DNA of 64,000 nucleotides from Candidatus Forterrea multitransposorum CG_2015-17_Forterrea_25_41 (GCA_009392915.1 CP045477.1:416001-480000); one strand, 5' to 3'. Counted from the stretch's first letter, positions 37,328 to 48,084 are shown. Notes: generated by a model not told the origin, from the letters alone. Made by a program: numbers and translations.

Positions 37328-40150
37328 TTAAGAGAAAAGAGGTTTAAGATACTTTCCAGTATAACTTTTCTTTTCTTTTAAAATTTCTTTTACAGGGCCT
37401 TCAAAGATTATCTCTCCACCTTCATCTCCACCCTCAGGACCTAAATCAATTATCCAATCAGAAGCTTTAATAACATCTAAATTATGTTCAATTACTAAAA
37501 CACTGTTTCCCTTGTCAACAAGTTTATTTAAAACTTCAATTAATTTTTTAACATCATGGAAGTGAAGTCCAGTTGTAGGTTCGTCCAACAAATAAAGAGT
37601 CTTACCAGTATCTCTTTTAGATAACTCTTTTGTAATTTTTATTCTTTGTGCTTCTCCACCAGATAAAGTTACAGAACTTTGTCCAAGCTTAATGTATGAA
37701 AGACCAACATCCATTAATGTTTTTAATTTTCTTTTAAGAGAAGGTATATTTTCAAAGAAAGTATAAGCTTCTTCAACTGACATATCTAAAACATCAGCAA
37801 TTGATTTTCCTTTATATTTTACATCTAAAGTTTCATGGTTATATCTTTTACCTTTACATTCTTCACAATCAACATAAATATCAGGCAAGAAATTCATTTC
37901 AATCTTAATTTGTCCATCTCCAGAACATGCTTCACATCTTCCACCCTTAACATTAAAAGAAAATCTTCCTTGATCATACCCTCTTATTTTTGCTTCTTGA
38001 GTTTGTGCGAAAAGACTTCTGATATCATCAAAGACTTTTGTATATGTTGCAGGATTTGATCTAGGAGTTCTTCCAATAGGAGATTGATCAATAGAAATTA
38101 CTTTATCTATTTTATCTTTATAAATAATTTCTTTATGCTTACCAGGACTTTCTTTAGATTTATAAATATCATTCATTAGTTGTTTATATAAAATATCATA
38201 AATTAAAGTTGATTTTCCTGAACCTGAAACACCAGTAACAGAAGTTAAAACACCAGTTGGTATTTTTACAAAAATATTTTTTAAATTATTTTCTTCAGCT
38301 CCAACAATTTCTATAAAGTCTTTTGGTTTTCTAGTTTCTTTTTTAATTTCAACTTTAAGTTCTTTTGACAAATATTTTCCTGTTAAAGAATTTTTATCAT
38401 TTAAAATTTCTTTAGGAGTTCCTTTTGAAACTATATAACCTCCATGAACACCAGCTCCAGGACCAATATCAATTACATAATCTGCTTTTAAAATAGTTTC
38501 ATCATCATGTTCAACAACAATTACAGTGTTACCTAAATCTCTTAGTTTAAATAAAGTTTCAATTAATTTTTCATTATCTCTTTGGTGAAGTCCAATAGAT
38601 GGTTCGTCCAAGATATATAACACACCTGTAAGGTTAGTTCCTAAGTTGGTTGCAAGTCTTATTCTTTGTGCTTCTCCACCTGAAAGAGTTCCTGCCTTTC
38701 TTGAAAGAGTTAAATATCCTAAACCAACTTTTTCTAAAAATTCTAAACGAGAATTAATTTCTTTTAAAATATGTTTTGCAATTTCTTCTTGTTTTTTTGT
38801 AAGCTTTAAATTTTTAAAAAACAAAATTGCATTATTAACAGACATATCAGTAATATCAATAATTGATTTTCCAGAAATTTTAACAGCTAAGACTTTTCTT
38901 TTAAGTCTTTTTCCATGACATTTAGGACATGGTAAAGTTTTCATATATTTTTCCATTTCTTGTTTTCTATAATCAGACTCTGTTTGATGATAAAGTCTTT
39001 CTGTTTGTGGAATTAAACCCTCCCATACACCACTATATGAAAAGTTAGAAGTTCCATTCTTTCCAGAAAGATTAAAATCAATTGGATTTTCAGAACCATA
39101 CATTAAGATATTATATTGTTTTTTTGTAAAATCCTTAATTGGCATTAAAGGAGTAAAACCATATCTTCTTCCAACAGCACTTAAATGTTGTCCTCTCCAT
39201 CCATCAACAGCATTTCTATAAACAGCAATTGCACCATCTGCAATTGATTTTTCTTTATCAGGAATAATTAAATCAGGATCAAAAATCATTTTAATTCCAA
39301 GACCAGAACACTCTTCACAAGCACCAAATGGAGCATTAAAAGAAAACATCCTAGGTTCAAGTTCTTCAAAGGAAAGACCACATATAGGGCATGCCATTTT
39401 TGAAGAATATATTTGTTCTCTTTTTTCTTTTTGAGAATATATTTTTACAAGTCCATCAGGAGATTTTTTAATAGCATTTGTAACTGCTTCTATAAGTCTT
39501 GATTTTTCTTTTTCTTCAGAAGATATTTTATCAATAACTATTTCAATATCATGTTTTTTATATCTATCTAAAGTTATTGTTTCATCAGTTCTTTTTATTT
39601 CTCCATTAACTCTAACTTTAGTATATCCTTCTTTGTTTAGTTCTTCAAAAACTCTTTCATAAGTTCCTTTTTTTTGTCTAATGATTGGTGAAAGAATAAT
39701 TATTTCATCTTTAAAAGAATCTAAAATATTTTCTGTTAGCTTTTGAGGAGATTGATTTTCTATTTTTTGAGAAGGATGATCAGGACAAAAAGGAGTTCCA
39801 ACTCTTGCATATAATAATCTTAAATAATCATAAACTTCAGTAACTGTTCCAACAGTTGATCTTGGATTTTTAGAAGTTGTTTTTTGTTCAATTGAAATTG
39901 CTGGAGATAAACCATCTATAGAATCTACATCTGGTTTTTTCATCATCCCTAAAAATTGTCTTGCATATGCAGAAAGTGATTCAACATACCTTCTTTGCCC
40001 TTCAGCATAAATAGTATCAAAAGCTAAAGTTGATTTTCCTGAACCTGAAAGACCAGTAATAACAACTAATTTATCTTTTGGTATATTTATATCTATATTT
40101 TTTAGATTGTGCTCTCTTGCACCCTTAATAATAATATCTTTTAATGCCAT
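37328..40150 (-). CDS. uvrA: Excinuclease ABC subunit A (UvrA).
   Basis: 940 aa. Two ABC cassettes ([10 protein letters not shown]; [10 protein letters not shown]), signature LSGGEAQRI in both halves, Zn-finger Cys pairs. Confidence 0.9.
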   Translation of the reverse strand: MALKDIIIKGAREHNLKNIDINIPKDKLVVITGLSGSGKSTLAFDTIYAEGQRRYVESLSAYARQFLGMMKKPDVDSIDGLSPAISIEQKTTSKNPRSTVGTVTEVYDYLRLLYARVGTPFCPDHPSQKIENQSPQKLTENILDSFKDEIIILSPIIRQKKGTYERVFEELNKEGYTKVRVNGEIKRTDETITLDRYKKHDIEIVIDKISSEEKEKSRLIEAVTNAIKKSPDGLVKIYSQKEKREQIYSSKMACPICGLSFEELEPRMFSFNAPFGACEECSGLGIKMIFDPDLIIPDKEKSIADGAIAVYRNAVDGWRGQHLSAVGRRYGFTPLMPIKDFTKKQYNILMYGSENPIDFNLSGKNGTSNFSYSGVWEGLIPQTERLYHQTESDYRKQEMEKYMKTLPCPKCHGKRLKRKVLAVKISGKSIIDITDMSVNNAILFFKNLKLTKKQEEIAKHILKEINSRLEFLEKVGLGYLTLSRKAGTLSGGEAQRIRLATNLGTNLTGVLYILDEPSIGLHQRDNEKLIETLFKLRDLGNTVIVVEHDDETILKADYVIDIGPGAGVHGGYIVSKGTPKEILNDKNSLTGKYLSKELKVEIKKETRKPKDFIEIVGAEENNLKNIFVKIPTGVLTSVTGVSGSGKSTLIYDILYKQLMNDIYKSKESPGKHKEIIYKDKIDKVISIDQSPIGRTPRSNPATYTKVFDDIRSLFAQTQEAKIRGYDQGRFSFNVKGGRCEACSGDGQIKIEMNFLPDIYVDCEECKGKRYNHETLDVKYKGKSIADVLDMSVEEAYTFFENIPSLKRKLKTLMDVGLSYIKLGQSSVTLSGGEAQRIKITKELSKRDTGKTLYLLDEPTTGLHFHDVKKLIEVLNKLVDKGNSVLVIEHNLDVIKASDWIIDLGPEGGDEGGEIIFEGPVKEILKEKKSYTGKYLKPLFS

Positions 40151-40504
40151 GAATTATCTTTCTTTTTAGCTTTAAGTATTTTTATAAAATAAATATAAAT
40201 ATGATTTTTAAATCATATAAAAGTAGTAATATAATATAGAGAGAAAATATTTATAAAAGGATGCAAGGTGCCTGGCCAATAAAGAAAATAAGAAGTTTTA
40301 AAGAAAATCTTTAACTTAAAAGGAGTAGATAAACCCAATAATACATATAAAATTAAAAAATAAGCATAAAATACACTTAAAACCTAAAATATACTAAAAG
40401 TTAACTATTTATTATGTAGTGAATATTTAAAATAAGGTATAAAGATTTATAAAGAGAAAAATACTATTTAAAATATTAAAAGTTTAACAATAAAAATAGA
40501 AAAC

Positions 40505-40785
40505 TATTAAGTGTACAGGCACTTACTGGTCGAAAAACAGTTCAAGAAAACATTTAGCTTTATAAAATCTCAAGTCCGCAACCCAAAAAGCATCAAACAC
40601 TTAGGATACTGCTGCTTCCTTCCGGATCTGACAGGGTTTACTAAGATATTCGATCTTAATGGACGAACCGTCAGCAATTTTACAAAGAGTGCCTCCTTGC
40701 TTATTTGCCTTCCAGTAATAATCACTCCGGCTATGTAGATTTCCGGTAACAGGAGACTACAACCCCCCCAGCTAGCCTATACAAG
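40505..40785 (-). ncRNA. Signal recognition particle RNA (SRP/7S RNA).
   Basis: Reverse strand contains GUCAGAUCCGGAAGGAAGCAGC, the conserved helix-8 motif (cf. GGUCCGGAAGGAAGCAGCC). It is a GC-rich ~280-nt island in AT-rich DNA, with an oligo-T run at the 3' end. Ends are approximate. Confidence 0.6.
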
Positions 40786-40941
40786 TAATTAAAGTGACGA
40801 TACATTTAAAAACACTTTGGACAATATATATAACATAAAAATAATGTATTAATTCACTAAAAAACAAAAAAAGGTGTGTTAATACCTTATATACAAAAAA
40901 GAAGCTTAATTTAAGCTTATTTTAATAATGAGGTGGATTGG

Positions 40942-42054
40942 ATGAGATCAATTGTATCAAATGCAGTAGAGCACAAATCTGCAGCTGCTGAGAACATAAA
41001 CGTTAAAGACAGCGAATTTGCAGCCCCAAAGATCATGGTTATGGGAATTGGTGGTGCAGGAAATAATTCTGTAAATAGAATCTGTGCAATGGGTGTTGCA
41101 GGTGCACAACTTGTAGCTATTAACACAGATAGACAACACTTAGGTATCATTTCAGATGATATAACAAAATTATTAATTGGAAAATCAGTAACTAATGGTT
41201 TAGGTGCTGGTGCATACCCTGAAATAGGTGCAAAAGCAGCAGAAGTTTCAAAAGCAGCATTAGAAGAAATCTTAGATGGTGTTGACATGCTTTTCATTAC
41301 TGCCGGAATGGGTGGTGGAACAGGAACAGGTGCAGCTCCAGTAGTAGCTCAAATAGCAAAACAACAAGGTGCAATTGTAATGTGTATAGTAACTTATCCT
41401 TTCGCACTTGAAAGAGCACGTTTAATTAAAGCAGAAGAAGGAATTGACCTTTTAAAAGATATTTGTGACACAGTTGTTGTTATTGATAACAATAGACTTG
41501 TTGAATTAGTTCCAAACCTTCCAATGCAAGATGCTTTCAGAGTAGCTGATGAAGTAATTGCAAGAACAGTAAGAGGAATTACAGAAACAATTACTCAACC
41601 TTCATTAATCAACCTTGATTACGCAGACATAAGAACAGTAATGGGTGGTAAAGGATTATCAGTTATCGCTGTTGGTGAATCACAATCTGTTAACAAAGTT
41701 GAAGAAGTTGTTGAAGACACATTAAAGAATGCTCTTTTAGATGTTGATATAACTGGTGCAACAGGTTGTTTAATCCATATTACAGGTGGAACTGAATTAA
41801 CTTTAGGTGAAGCTAACGCTGTTGGTGAAATGTTAACTGACCAAACAGATTCAAATGCAGCTGTTATCTGGGGTGCAAGAATTGATCCTACTTTTGAGAA
41901 TAAAATAGAAGTAATTGCTATTTTCACAGGTGTAAAATCACCATTCATCAAAGGAAGTAAAATGTTTAGAGGAAAAGATTCACCACAAAGCTACAACGGA
42001 AGTGGCAAAGGTGGAAGATCTTACGATGACAACTATGGATTAGATGTTTTATAA
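40942..42054 (+). CDS. ftsZ: Cell division GTPase FtsZ.
   Basis: GIGGAGNN and GMGGGTGTGAAPVVA tubulin/FtsZ signatures. Start taken at the ATG (MRSIV...), 5 nt after the GAGGTGG RBS; the ORF track uses a GTG 9 nt upstream. Confidence 0.85.
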   Translation: MRSIVSNAVEHKSAAAENINVKDSEFAAPKIMVMGIGGAGNNSVNRICAMGVAGAQLVAINTDRQHLGIISDDITKLLIGKSVTNGLGAGAYPEIGAKAAEVSKAALEEILDGVDMLFITAGMGGGTGTGAAPVVAQIAKQQGAIVMCIVTYPFALERARLIKAEEGIDLLKDICDTVVVIDNNRLVELVPNLPMQDAFRVADEVIARTVRGITETITQPSLINLDYADIRTVMGGKGLSVIAVGESQSVNKVEEVVEDTLKNALLDVDITGATGCLIHITGGTELTLGEANAVGEMLTDQTDSNAAVIWGARIDPTFENKIEVIAIFTGVKSPFIKGSKMFRGKDSPQSYNGSGKGGRSYDDNYGLDVL

Positions 42055-42211
42055 GTAAAACATCTTTTCCTTTTTTTCTTTTTTTTATTATTTTTCTATT
42101 TCTTTAAAACACAACAATTTTTTATAAAAATACACTATTTTTATACATTTCTTTACACTATTATATTAGTACTTTTAACAAAAATTACAAAAAAAAGGAG
42201 TTTGAAAACAA

Positions 42212-44125
42212 ATGAAAATAAAAATAACATTTCCAGATGGTTCCATAAAAGAAATTGACTCTGGAAAAACAGCAGAAGAAGTAATAAGAGAAGAGATCGG
42301 TGAAGGTCTTTTAAACGCAAGCATAGCTGTAAAAATAAATAATGATATTAAAGACTTATCAACTCCAATAACGAACGATTGTGATTTTAAAGTACTTACA
42401 ACAAAAGATATAGAAGCAAAAGAAGTTTTATGGCATAGTTCAGCACATATCTTAGCTTATGCTATAGAAAAAATATATCCAGAAGTAAAACTAACTATTG
42501 GACCTGCTATTGAAAATGGTTTTTACTATGATTTAGATTTAGACACACCAATAACAGAAGAAGACTTTGAAAAAATAGAAAAAGAAGCTGAAAAAATAAT
42601 TTCAGAAAAACTACCTTTCATAAGAAAAGAATTTAGCTATCAAGAAGCAAAAGAAATGTTTAAAGATAACCCTTACAAAATAGAAATGATTGAAGATTTA
42701 GAAAAAGAAAATCAACCAATAACATACTATTCTTTAGGAGACTTTAAAGATCTTTGTAGAGGACCACACTTAAAACATTCAGGAAAGGTAAAAGCTTTTA
42801 AAGTTTTAAAAACATCAGGTGCCTACTGGAGAGCAAATTCTAAAAATAAACAATTAAAAAGAGTATATGGTATTTCTTTCTTTTCAAAAGAAGAAATGAA
42901 AGAATACTTAATAAAACAAGAAGAAATTGCAAAAAGAGATCATAGAAAAATAGGAAGAGAACTTGATCTTTATTCTTTCCAAGAAGAAGCACCAGGTATG
43001 CCTTTCTTCCATGATAAAGGTTCTTTTATCTGGAATAAACTAGTTGAGTTTGTTTCACAGATAATGGAAGATAGAGATTATGAAGTTAATAAAACTCCAT
43101 TAATCCTAAACAGAAGTTTATGGCTTCAATCAGGTCACTGGGATCACTATAAAGAAAACATGTATTTTACAAAAATAGATAACCAAGACTTTGCAGTAAA
43201 ACCAATGAATTGTCCAGGAAACATCTTAATCTATAAAGCACATCAATATTCATATAGAGATCTTCCTATAAGAGCAGGAGAGTTTGGTTTAGTTCATAGA
43301 CACGAACTTTCAGGAGTTCTTTCTGGTCTTTTCAGAGTAAGAGCTTTTACTCAAGATGATGCCCATGTCTTCTGTACTGAAGAACAACTAAAAAATGAAA
43401 TTAAAGATTTAATTGATTTCATGGATGTTGTTTATAAAACATTTAACTTCTCTTACAGCATGGAACTTTCAACAAAACCTGATAAAGCTATGGGTGACCC
43501 TAAGATATGGGAAATGGCAGAAAATACTTTAGAAGAAGTTTTAAAAGAAATGAAAAAAGACTTTAAGATAAACCCTGGTGATGGTGCTTTCTATGGTCCA
43601 AAAATAGATTTCCATTTAACAGATGCTATTGGTAGAAAATGGCAATGTGGAACAATACAACTTGATTTCCAAATGCCTGAAAAGTTTGATCTAACATATG
43701 AAGCTGCAGATAACACTAAAAAAAGACCAATTATGCTTCACAGAGCTGTTTTAGGCTCAGTTGAAAGATTTATGGGTATTTTAGTTGAGCATTTTGCAGG
43801 TAAATTTCCACTTTGGATCTCACCTATGCAAGTAATTATCCTTCCAATAGCTGATAGACATAACGAGTATGCAGAAAACCTAAGACAAGCACTTAAAAAA
43901 GAAGGTTTTAGAGCAAAGATTAACGATAAAGCAGAGACAATGAACAAAAAGATAAGGTCTGCTCAACTTGAGAAAATAAACTATATTTTAGTTATTGGAG
44001 ATAAAGAGCAAGAAAACCAAACAATAAATGTAAGAACAAGAGATGAAAAGATTTTAGGTGAGATGAAATTATCTGACCTTATTGAACAAATGAAACAAGA
44101 AATTTTAAAGAAAGAGATTAAATAG
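42212..44125 (+). CDS. thrS: Threonyl-tRNA synthetase, bacterial/eukaryal-type with an N2 editing domain.
   Basis: 637 aa with an N-terminal TGS-like region, the editing-domain LWHSSAHIL motif, and a class II core (FRVRAFTQDDAHVFC, motif 2/3 regions). Confidence 0.85.
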   Translation: MKIKITFPDGSIKEIDSGKTAEEVIREEIGEGLLNASIAVKINNDIKDLSTPITNDCDFKVLTTKDIEAKEVLWHSSAHILAYAIEKIYPEVKLTIGPAIENGFYYDLDLDTPITEEDFEKIEKEAEKIISEKLPFIRKEFSYQEAKEMFKDNPYKIEMIEDLEKENQPITYYSLGDFKDLCRGPHLKHSGKVKAFKVLKTSGAYWRANSKNKQLKRVYGISFFSKEEMKEYLIKQEEIAKRDHRKIGRELDLYSFQEEAPGMPFFHDKGSFIWNKLVEFVSQIMEDRDYEVNKTPLILNRSLWLQSGHWDHYKENMYFTKIDNQDFAVKPMNCPGNILIYKAHQYSYRDLPIRAGEFGLVHRHELSGVLSGLFRVRAFTQDDAHVFCTEEQLKNEIKDLIDFMDVVYKTFNFSYSMELSTKPDKAMGDPKIWEMAENTLEEVLKEMKKDFKINPGDGAFYGPKIDFHLTDAIGRKWQCGTIQLDFQMPEKFDLTYEAADNTKKRPIMLHRAVLGSVERFMGILVEHFAGKFPLWISPMQVIILPIADRHNEYAENLRQALKKEGFRAKINDKAETMNKKIRSAQLEKINYILVIGDKEQENQTINVRTRDEKILGEMKLSDLIEQMKQEILKKEIK

Positions 44126-44181
44126 TTTCTCTTTATTCTCTTTTCTTTTTTTTTCTTTCGTTTTACTTTTTTTTAAAAAAA

Positions 44182-44481
44182 CTATTCTTCAAAATAATAA
44201 TTATTATCATCTTCAAGCTTTATAGCTTTTCCATTTACTAAAGCAGAAGAAATCTTTTTTCTAGCATCAATTAAAAGTCTATGAAAAGTAGGTTGAGAAA
44301 TATTCATTCTTTCAGCACATTCTTTTTGCTCTAAACCTAAAAAATCTTTAAGCCTAATAGCTTCAATTTCAACAAAGCTTAATACTTCTTCTTCAATTTC
44401 TCTTAAAGGTATTCCAGCTGGTTTAAAATAATTAGAGGATGGTTTATGTGAAATATTTCTCATTCTTCTTTTTCTTGGCAT
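44182..44481 (-). CDS. DUF134 (UPF0251) family putative DNA-binding protein.
   Basis: MPRKRRMRN...YFKPAGIPLREIEEEVLSFVEIEAIRLKDFLGLEQKECAERMNISQPTF...ARKKISSALVNGKAI matches the DUF134 consensus. Confidence 0.7.
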   Translation of the reverse strand: MPRKRRMRNISHKPSSNYFKPAGIPLREIEEEVLSFVEIEAIRLKDFLGLEQKECAERMNISQPTFHRLLIDARKKISSALVNGKAIKLEDDNNYYFEE

Positions 44482-44500
44482 ATTTTAAAACCTTTTTTTC

Positions 44501-44836
44501 TTAATGTTTACAAGGAGTATTTAAATCTTTTAAATCAGCTATATTTTCAATTACTTCTTTTAAGAAATTATAATCTCCTGTTTTAAGAATAATATTTTTT
44601 TCTACAAATAAATCAATTGCTTTTTTACCCATACCTTTACTAAAAACTGTATCTATATTATTTTCTAAAATTTGATCTACTGGAGATTTAGAACTATTAT
44701 GATCTAAATAATTTTTAATAATTTTTAATTCTTTTAAAACTGTATCATATATTGCAAAAAAATTACAAGTTCCAAAATGATTGCTTAATTTTGAATCTAA
44801 ATTATTATTATCTTCTAATGAAATTAAAATTTTCAT
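44501..44836 (-). CDS. NifX/NifB-like dinitrogenase FeMo-cofactor-binding family (Nitro_FeMo-Co) protein.
   Basis: MKILISLED...LSNHFGTCNFFAIYD matches the HFG(R/H)APYF.I(V)D motif. Start taken at the second ATG, which is preceded by a GAGGA RBS. Confidence 0.55.
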   Translation of the reverse strand: MKILISLEDNNNLDSKLSNHFGTCNFFAIYDTVLKELKIIKNYLDHNSSKSPVDQILENNIDTVFSKGMGKKAIDLFVEKNIILKTGDYNFLKEVIENIADLKDLNTPCKH

Positions 44837-44932
44837 AAATAAATCCTCTAGTATCATTTAATATTTTTAAAATTAAATATTTAATGAATATATATAAATA
44901 TATAAAGAAAAGAAATAAAAGAACTACTCTTT

Positions 44933-45067
44933 TTAAAGAGTAGCTCTTCTTCTAAGACCCCTTCCTTTTGTTTGAGAAACACTTTCTCTTTCAGGATTGC
45001 ATCTTCCTCTTTTCATTCCAGTCATTGATCCTTTTCCATCAGGACCAGTTCCGTCTTTATTCGGCAT
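44933..45067 (-). CDS. DUF5320-like small Gly-rich protein (44 aa), not in the supplied ORF track.
   Basis: Translation MPNKDGTGPDGKGSMTGMKRGRCNPERESVSQTKGRGLRRRATL. The GPDGKG..TGRG..C pattern fits the family usually adjacent to DUF134 and NifX-like genes. Confidence 0.5.
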   Translation of the reverse strand: MPNKDGTGPDGKGSMTGMKRGRCNPERESVSQTKGRGLRRRATL

Positions 45068-45228
45068 ATTAAATTCCTCCTTTTCTTTTATGAATCTATA
45101 TTCATAATCATGTTACGAACAGTTTATAAAGCTATTGAATATATATTCATTTAAATAAAATACAAATATTTATAAAGATAATTAACAACATTAATTTATT
45201 AACAATAATAAATATAGGTGATATTAAT

Positions 45229-46158
45229 ATGGGATTATTTAAAAGAAAAACACCAGTTGTTCAAGAAAAAAAATCAGAATATGGACCAATTAACAGACTT
45301 GTAAGAAATGCTAAAGCAAAATCACAAGCAAAACAAAAAGCAAGAACACTAAAAGAAGTTGCAGAAATTAAATTTAATAAAATAAAAAGTGCTTTAAGAC
45401 TAAGACCTGCAAAAGTAAAAATAACTTATGAAGTTTTATCTAAAGAATATTCTTCTGCAGAAATTAAAAAAATAGATCAAAAACTTGCAATGCTTGAAAA
45501 AAGAGCAGAAGAAAGTCATAAAAGAATACTTGAACTTAAAGGTAAAACATTAAAAGATAATACAAATATCGAAGTTATTAATAGAAAAAAAATTGCACAA
45601 CAACTTCTTAAAGGAGAAGAAGTTAAAAGTATACCTAAAAGAAACGCAATTAATCCTGAAAGCTTAGAGGCAAATAAAGGAACAAAAGCATCTACTAAAA
45701 CCTTAAAAGAAATTGAAGCAGGAGATAAAAAAGTTTTAAAAACAAGAGAACTTGACAAACATTTTACTTCAGAAAAGAAAAGAGCAATGGTTTCAAAAGA
45801 AATAAGAAAAGAAATTGAGAATGCAAGATTAATAAATAAAGAAATTGCAAGTATTCAATCAATAAAATTTAATGACATTATAAAAAATCAACTAAAATCT
45901 TTTGGAACAATAGCAGAAACTAAACAAGCAAGAGAAGAAATTATTAAATCTCTTTACAATAAATATGAAAAAGGAGCAATTAATTTATCTGGTTTAAGAG
46001 ATTTAATTAAATATTTATCTGTTGAAGTTGAGATTGGTAAAAAAATGAATATTATAAATTCTGTTGAAAATGCAAACACTTATCTTTTAGGAAATGCTCA
46101 ACTTATAAATGAAATAAAAGATATTTCTGAAATAAAAAAGAAATTTAAGTTTTTTTAA
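45229..46158 (+). CDS. Hypothetical K-rich coiled-coil protein.
   Basis: A 309-aa ORF with strongly helical, charged composition. Confidence 0.35.
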   Translation: MGLFKRKTPVVQEKKSEYGPINRLVRNAKAKSQAKQKARTLKEVAEIKFNKIKSALRLRPAKVKITYEVLSKEYSSAEIKKIDQKLAMLEKRAEESHKRILELKGKTLKDNTNIEVINRKKIAQQLLKGEEVKSIPKRNAINPESLEANKGTKASTKTLKEIEAGDKKVLKTRELDKHFTSEKKRAMVSKEIRKEIENARLINKEIASIQSIKFNDIIKNQLKSFGTIAETKQAREEIIKSLYNKYEKGAINLSGLRDLIKYLSVEVEIGKKMNIINSVENANTYLLGNAQLINEIKDISEIKKKFKFF

Positions 46159-46164
46159 AAAAAA

Positions 46165-46728
46165 TTAAAGTTTCTTTGAATAAATACCCCAAAGATAATC
46201 TTTTTTATCTTTGTGGGTTCCTATTTTTTTTAAATTAAAAGAAAGATGCTTATTAATTGATCTTTTATTTTTTATTGGACTTTCTAAAATCTCACAAATA
46301 TATAATGAAAAGTCTAAAGACTTTGCATGTTTAAACATCTCTTTATTTAAAGACTCTCCAATTTTTGGAAAACTTCTATTTGAGACTAACTGTTTACCAA
46401 AAAGAACTTTATTTTCTTTTAATAATTTTTCATCAACATCTATTTCTTCTAAAAAACTAGGATTAAGTTTAATATATTTCTTTAAACTATAAGCTAAAAA
46501 ATAACCAACAACTTCTTCTTTATTTTTTGCAACAAAAAGGAAAGTATTTTTACATCTTAAAGATTTTAAAAGATTTTCAATTGAGACTTCATAGACTAAA
46601 AAACCATTATCTGTAACTTCTTTTTTATTTATTTTTAAATTATATTCTAAAAGTTGAGATTTTTGTAAATTATATATTTGTAAAATATCGTTTTTTTTAG
46701 CTTTTGTAATATTTATTTCTGAATTCAT
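46165..46728 (-). CDS. Hypothetical protein, possibly GNAT-fold.
   Basis: LFVAKNKEEVVGYFLAY resembles a GNAT core strand. Weak. Confidence 0.25.
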   Translation of the reverse strand: MNSEINITKAKKNDILQIYNLQKSQLLEYNLKINKKEVTDNGFLVYEVSIENLLKSLRCKNTFLFVAKNKEEVVGYFLAYSLKKYIKLNPSFLEEIDVDEKLLKENKVLFGKQLVSNRSFPKIGESLNKEMFKHAKSLDFSLYICEILESPIKNKRSINKHLSFNLKKIGTHKDKKDYLWGIYSKKL

Positions 46729-46774
46729 AGGTTATTACCAATTAAAATTATATTTTTCTTTTTAAAAAAAAGAA

Positions 46775-46856
46775 TGCAGGGTACAGGATTCGAACCTGTG
46801 AAGCACTAAGCAATGGATTTTGAGTCCATCCCCTTTGACCGCTCGGGAAACCCTGC
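46775..46856 (-). tRNA. tRNA-Leu (anticodon CAA), class II with a long variable arm.
   Basis: Manual fold: acceptor GCAGGGT/ACCCTGC, anticodon loop CTCAAAA, T-arm AGGTTCGAATCCTGT region, ~14-nt variable arm. Confidence 0.8.
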
Positions 46857-46920
46857 TATATAAATATATTAAGAGAAGATATGTTTTTAAAAAGAAGTTA
46901 AAAGAAAATAATATTTATTG

Positions 46921-47520
46921 TTACTTAAAAAGATTTAAAATTAATAAAAAAACAGACAAAGAAATAAAAAAGAACAATTCAAAGATACCAGTGAAACCAA
47001 ACAAAAATAACATTAAAAGAGAGCCTCCTAAAGTTATTAAAAACCAATTAAAAGATTTTAGATATATTTTCTTATTATAAGAAGAAAGATATTTAGAGAA
47101 TAAAAATAAAGAAAACATTAAGAACAAAGAAAACAAAAAAGCAAATATATTATGAAAATTAAAAAAAGAAGTATTTTTAATTTCATAATCAACAAACTCA
47201 TAATCATTTTCAACAAAAGTGTTATCAATGGTTGGAGTTAAAACAGTCAATACTAAAAAAAGTATTGAAAATAAAAGAAATTTAAAAGATTTTTTATCAT
47301 GATAATTATATTTTTTATAAATATTATATATAGTTATAAATAATAAAATACCAGTTATCAATCCCCAAACTATAAACTTAAGCTTATAATCAAATAGATT
47401 TCCTATCTTACTTAAAGTATACTCAAAAGGAGATTCATTAAAGCTAAACCATAAAGTAAACAAAGGTATGCTTATTATAAAATAAGTTAAAACAGTGTTA
47501 TTAAATTTAGTAAAATACAT
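46921..47520 (-). CDS. Hypothetical polytopic membrane protein.
   Basis: Five or six hydrophobic helices. Confidence 0.35.
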   Translation of the reverse strand: MYFTKFNNTVLTYFIISIPLFTLWFSFNESPFEYTLSKIGNLFDYKLKFIVWGLITGILLFITIYNIYKKYNYHDKKSFKFLLFSILFLVLTVLTPTIDNTFVENDYEFVDYEIKNTSFFNFHNIFAFLFSLFLMFSLFLFSKYLSSYNKKIYLKSFNWFLITLGGSLLMLFLFGFTGIFELFFFISLSVFLLILNLFK

Positions 47521-47606
47521 ATATATTCTAATATAATATCATGCAATAATTATTAAAAATAGTATTATTTTTAAAATAAAAAAAAATAGAAAAATAATTC
47601 TAAAAA

Positions 47607-48038
47607 TTATTCTTCTAATGAAGTTCTACCTAGATTTTTATTTACACAAACTTTATTTTCACAAGTACAATCTTCTGGAGAGTAAGCTGCCTCATACATG
47701 AAAATCATTGTACAAATTTCTGGTTTTGTAAATTCAGATTCATATTCTTTGTTTATACAAGAAGTTGGATGACAATCAGAAGGCAAAGGAATACAGTCAT
47801 CATCTATTTGACATCCTTGAAATTGATCTAAAGAATCTATTTGTTTTGTAAAAATACCACCATCTTCTGCAATACATTTTTCAGGATAACTTTCTAATAT
47901 AGGATTTCCTGCAGCAACACATTCTTCAAAATTTGTAATTATTAGCTTATCTTTTACAAAAATAACAGGAAGTAAAATTCCAAGTAAAACAACAATAATT
48001 AATAATACAACTCCTAAAATAATATATTTTTTATTCAT
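47607..48038 (-). CDS. Membrane-anchored Cys-rich small protein, hypothetical.
   Basis: N-terminal TM helix, then about 12 Cys in a ~110-aa ectodomain. Confidence 0.35.
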   Translation of the reverse strand: MNKKYIILGVVLLIIVVLLGILLPVIFVKDKLIITNFEECVAAGNPILESYPEKCIAEDGGIFTKQIDSLDQFQGCQIDDDCIPLPSDCHPTSCINKEYESEFTKPEICTMIFMYEAAYSPEDCTCENKVCVNKNLGRTSLEE

Positions 48039-48084
48039 AATTATACTACACCTTTTTATTTAAAAAAAAGAAAAAAAGAAAAAA

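Noticed and set aside
40933-40941. GTG start (40933) proposed by the ORF track for ftsZ.
   Set aside because: That GTG lies inside the GAGGTGG Shine-Dalgarno sequence. The ATG at 40942 with 5-nt spacing is the more plausible start.
40511-41297. ORF-track ORFs 40511-40738 (+), 40917-41297 (-), 40957-41139 (-) and 41619-41951 (-).
   Set aside because: They overlap the SRP RNA or lie antisense to ftsZ. Their GC-rich A/G/P-rich translations are reading-frame shadows of those features.
46820-47080. ORF 46820-47080 (+) starting MSPSPLTARETLLYKY.
   Set aside because: Its first 12 codons are the antisense of tRNA-Leu(CAA) at 46775-46856, and it overlaps the membrane protein at 46921-47520. Spurious.
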